From NCBI GenBank assembly GCA_965113315.1, contig OZ220365.1: 64,000 nucleotides of DNA. One strand, written 5' to 3'. The stretch is from Podarcis vaucheri. Its lineage: Eukaryota. The position numbers were made by a program, and so were the translations under genes. Each line of letters starts with the position of its first letter. Position 1 is the first letter of the stretch. Below the pieces are notes generated by a model. It was not told the origin of the DNA and ran no database searches. It was given only the letters and a program-made list of their open reading frames with translations. Of the stretch, positions 62,207 through 64,000 are shown one piece after another.

Positions 62207-62345
62207 CGTCCCAGAACAGATTAAGTTGCCACTAACAGTGTCACTGTCTTGTCTGAACTGAGCTTGTTTGTGATCCCTCATCCAGTCCATTACCACAGCC
62301 AGGCACCGGTCCAGCCGTTCTACCACCTCGTCACACTCCAAAAAC
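62207..62345 (-). mobile_element. Degraded L2-type LINE RT fragment (upstream part of the same split copy)
   Basis: VERLDRCLAVVMDWMR..K.. resembles the L2/CR1 motif L..CL..V..WM..NKL.LN..KT, which normally lies just upstream of the 56544 segment. Confidence 0.65.
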
Positions 62346-63374
62346 GGAGAATTAGAGCTGCGTGCTTCCAACTCTGTCTCAGGCACTGACTATAAAGGTC
62401 ACACTTCTGTCCTGTTTCCTAACATTCATTTAATGCTGCAGTACCCATTACATTATGGAACTGTGCCCTTTTGATCAATATACTTCCATGTCACACTAAA
62501 TTTCATTCACACCAGTGTGTGTGGTGTGACACAAGAATGAATGTCATGGAGCAACATCACTATTTGACCACCCTTTCTGCACATGCATGTTTCTGTCCCC
62601 CCATGATTCTCCCATGAAACTGGTGGGAAAGAACTGTTTGCTAATATACCACCCCAAATTTAATCACTCTAGCCCCATGATTAGCTTTTAGGCTCAATAG
62701 AAGCAATCAACAAAGAAATAAACTTCCTCTATATTCTGCTAAATATTCAGAGGCGGCTTTTACACTGTGTTAAAAATCACATCAAATGCAAAAATTATCA
62801 AGCAAGAAAACCTTCCAGAAAACAAAATACACTACCATCTAAACGCAGCCCAGGACTGTTTAGAGCAGCATGATGTTGCTTTAAAAGTAATCTGCAAATG
62901 AGGCCTTAGCTTGTGTGAGGATGCTGAGGGTTTTCTGTGTTTTTCAGTTTTGATAAAGCTTTCAATTATTATTTTAACCATGGTTTTAATATAATTATAT
63001 TTTGTGATTGCTGAATGCTCCCCTGGGAGGAAGGGCATGTTAGAAAACGAATAAGTAAACTCATCATCATCATCATCAACCCACAATTCCCTGGGAGAGG
63101 GATTTAAGTCATGTTACCATTTCAATTTGGATATTGGTCCACAACCCTAAGGCACTTTCACACATCACAATTCCCAACATGGAGATCACTCTCTGCATAG
63201 CATATAAACCATTTGAAACTTAGCTGAAAAAAGAAAAGAAAAGAAAAACCACCACAAAGTATACTGATCAGAGATTGGGCAGGCAATATGAGCAGAGGCT
63301 CATGGTGGTTTCTGTGCAAGAAACTGTAACATATGAAACAGCCTTAAGTGACATTTCGCTAGCCATATACTGAG

Positions 63375-63375
<1 letters not shown>

Positions 63376-63426
<51 letters not shown>

Positions 63427-63453
63427 CTTTCGTATATATATATATATATATAT
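63376..63453. repeat. (TA)n microsatellite, compound
   Basis: Two TA runs, each followed by TTTGCTTT. Confidence 0.95.
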
Positions 63454-64000
63454 TTGCTTTTGTCATATATGTAATATGACAGCATCTCAGCAGTTATAAT
63501 AATATGGCAGCATATTAATTATTGTTAGGCCTAAAGCAAAGCCTCTCTTTGGACCAAGCTAACATTTCAGCCAACAGAGTAGAAATTAATCGAAACAGAC
63601 AATGAGAATGGGGGCTCTGAGGTTGGAATGAAATAATGAGACAGGATCACATTCAAGTATTCCAACACCTTGATTTATGTACATTTTCTACAAATATCCT
63701 GTGGGAAGCAATTTAGCACTTTAGCTGTAAACAATGGAGTGAAGGCTAACTCAATTAAAATTAAAGGGTAAGTGCTGAGTGCATAAAATGCTACAGGCCA
63801 TCTAACACAATTGATATTGATACGGTTGATGGACCTGGACAGAATTTGCCGCTTACATGCTTAGAGCAGTTGAAGCATGATATGGAGATGCAAGGTATGA
63901 AAGAGAAGCCCTGAAAAATATTTCTGAGTAGAAAAGAAATCTCTGCGACAAAAGAAAAAGCTTTGTGAATGATAAAAATAAACAGTAAATCAGAATCTCC

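Overview
This is eukaryotic DNA, almost certainly from a squamate and probably a lacertid lizard (inferred from the Sauria SINE and the lizard-type SINE, MITE and LINE families). I could not identify any host protein-coding exon, so the window looks intergenic or deep-intronic and is dominated by transposable elements. There are three main structures. (1) A near-complete tyrosine-recombinase (DIRS/Ngaro-like) retrotransposon of about 6.8 kb (27937-34744) encodes a Gag-like ORF1, RT-RNase H, a tyrosine recombinase and an SGNH hydrolase. It carries a CpG-rich duplicated 5' leader, a tandem co-oriented array of CTCF-like sites, a same-phase splice acceptor before each of its four ORFs, a hairpin-rich 3' UTR, and short imperfect inverted termini instead of canonical DIRS/Ngaro repeats. 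(2) A very young 4011-bp Ty1/copia LTR element (58082-62092) lacks RT/RNase H but keeps one open Gag-PR-IN frame with altered catalytic motifs. (3) A nested cluster (about 55960-62345) consists of an old L2 LINE, split by a short non-coding relative of the YR element, which was in turn invaded by an L1 and by the copia element. The rest is three truncated L1 copies with TSDs, SINEs, Tc1/mariner-type and hAT-type MITEs, solo LTRs, LINE fragments and microsatellites. All coordinates and alignments were read by eye; no database searches were run.
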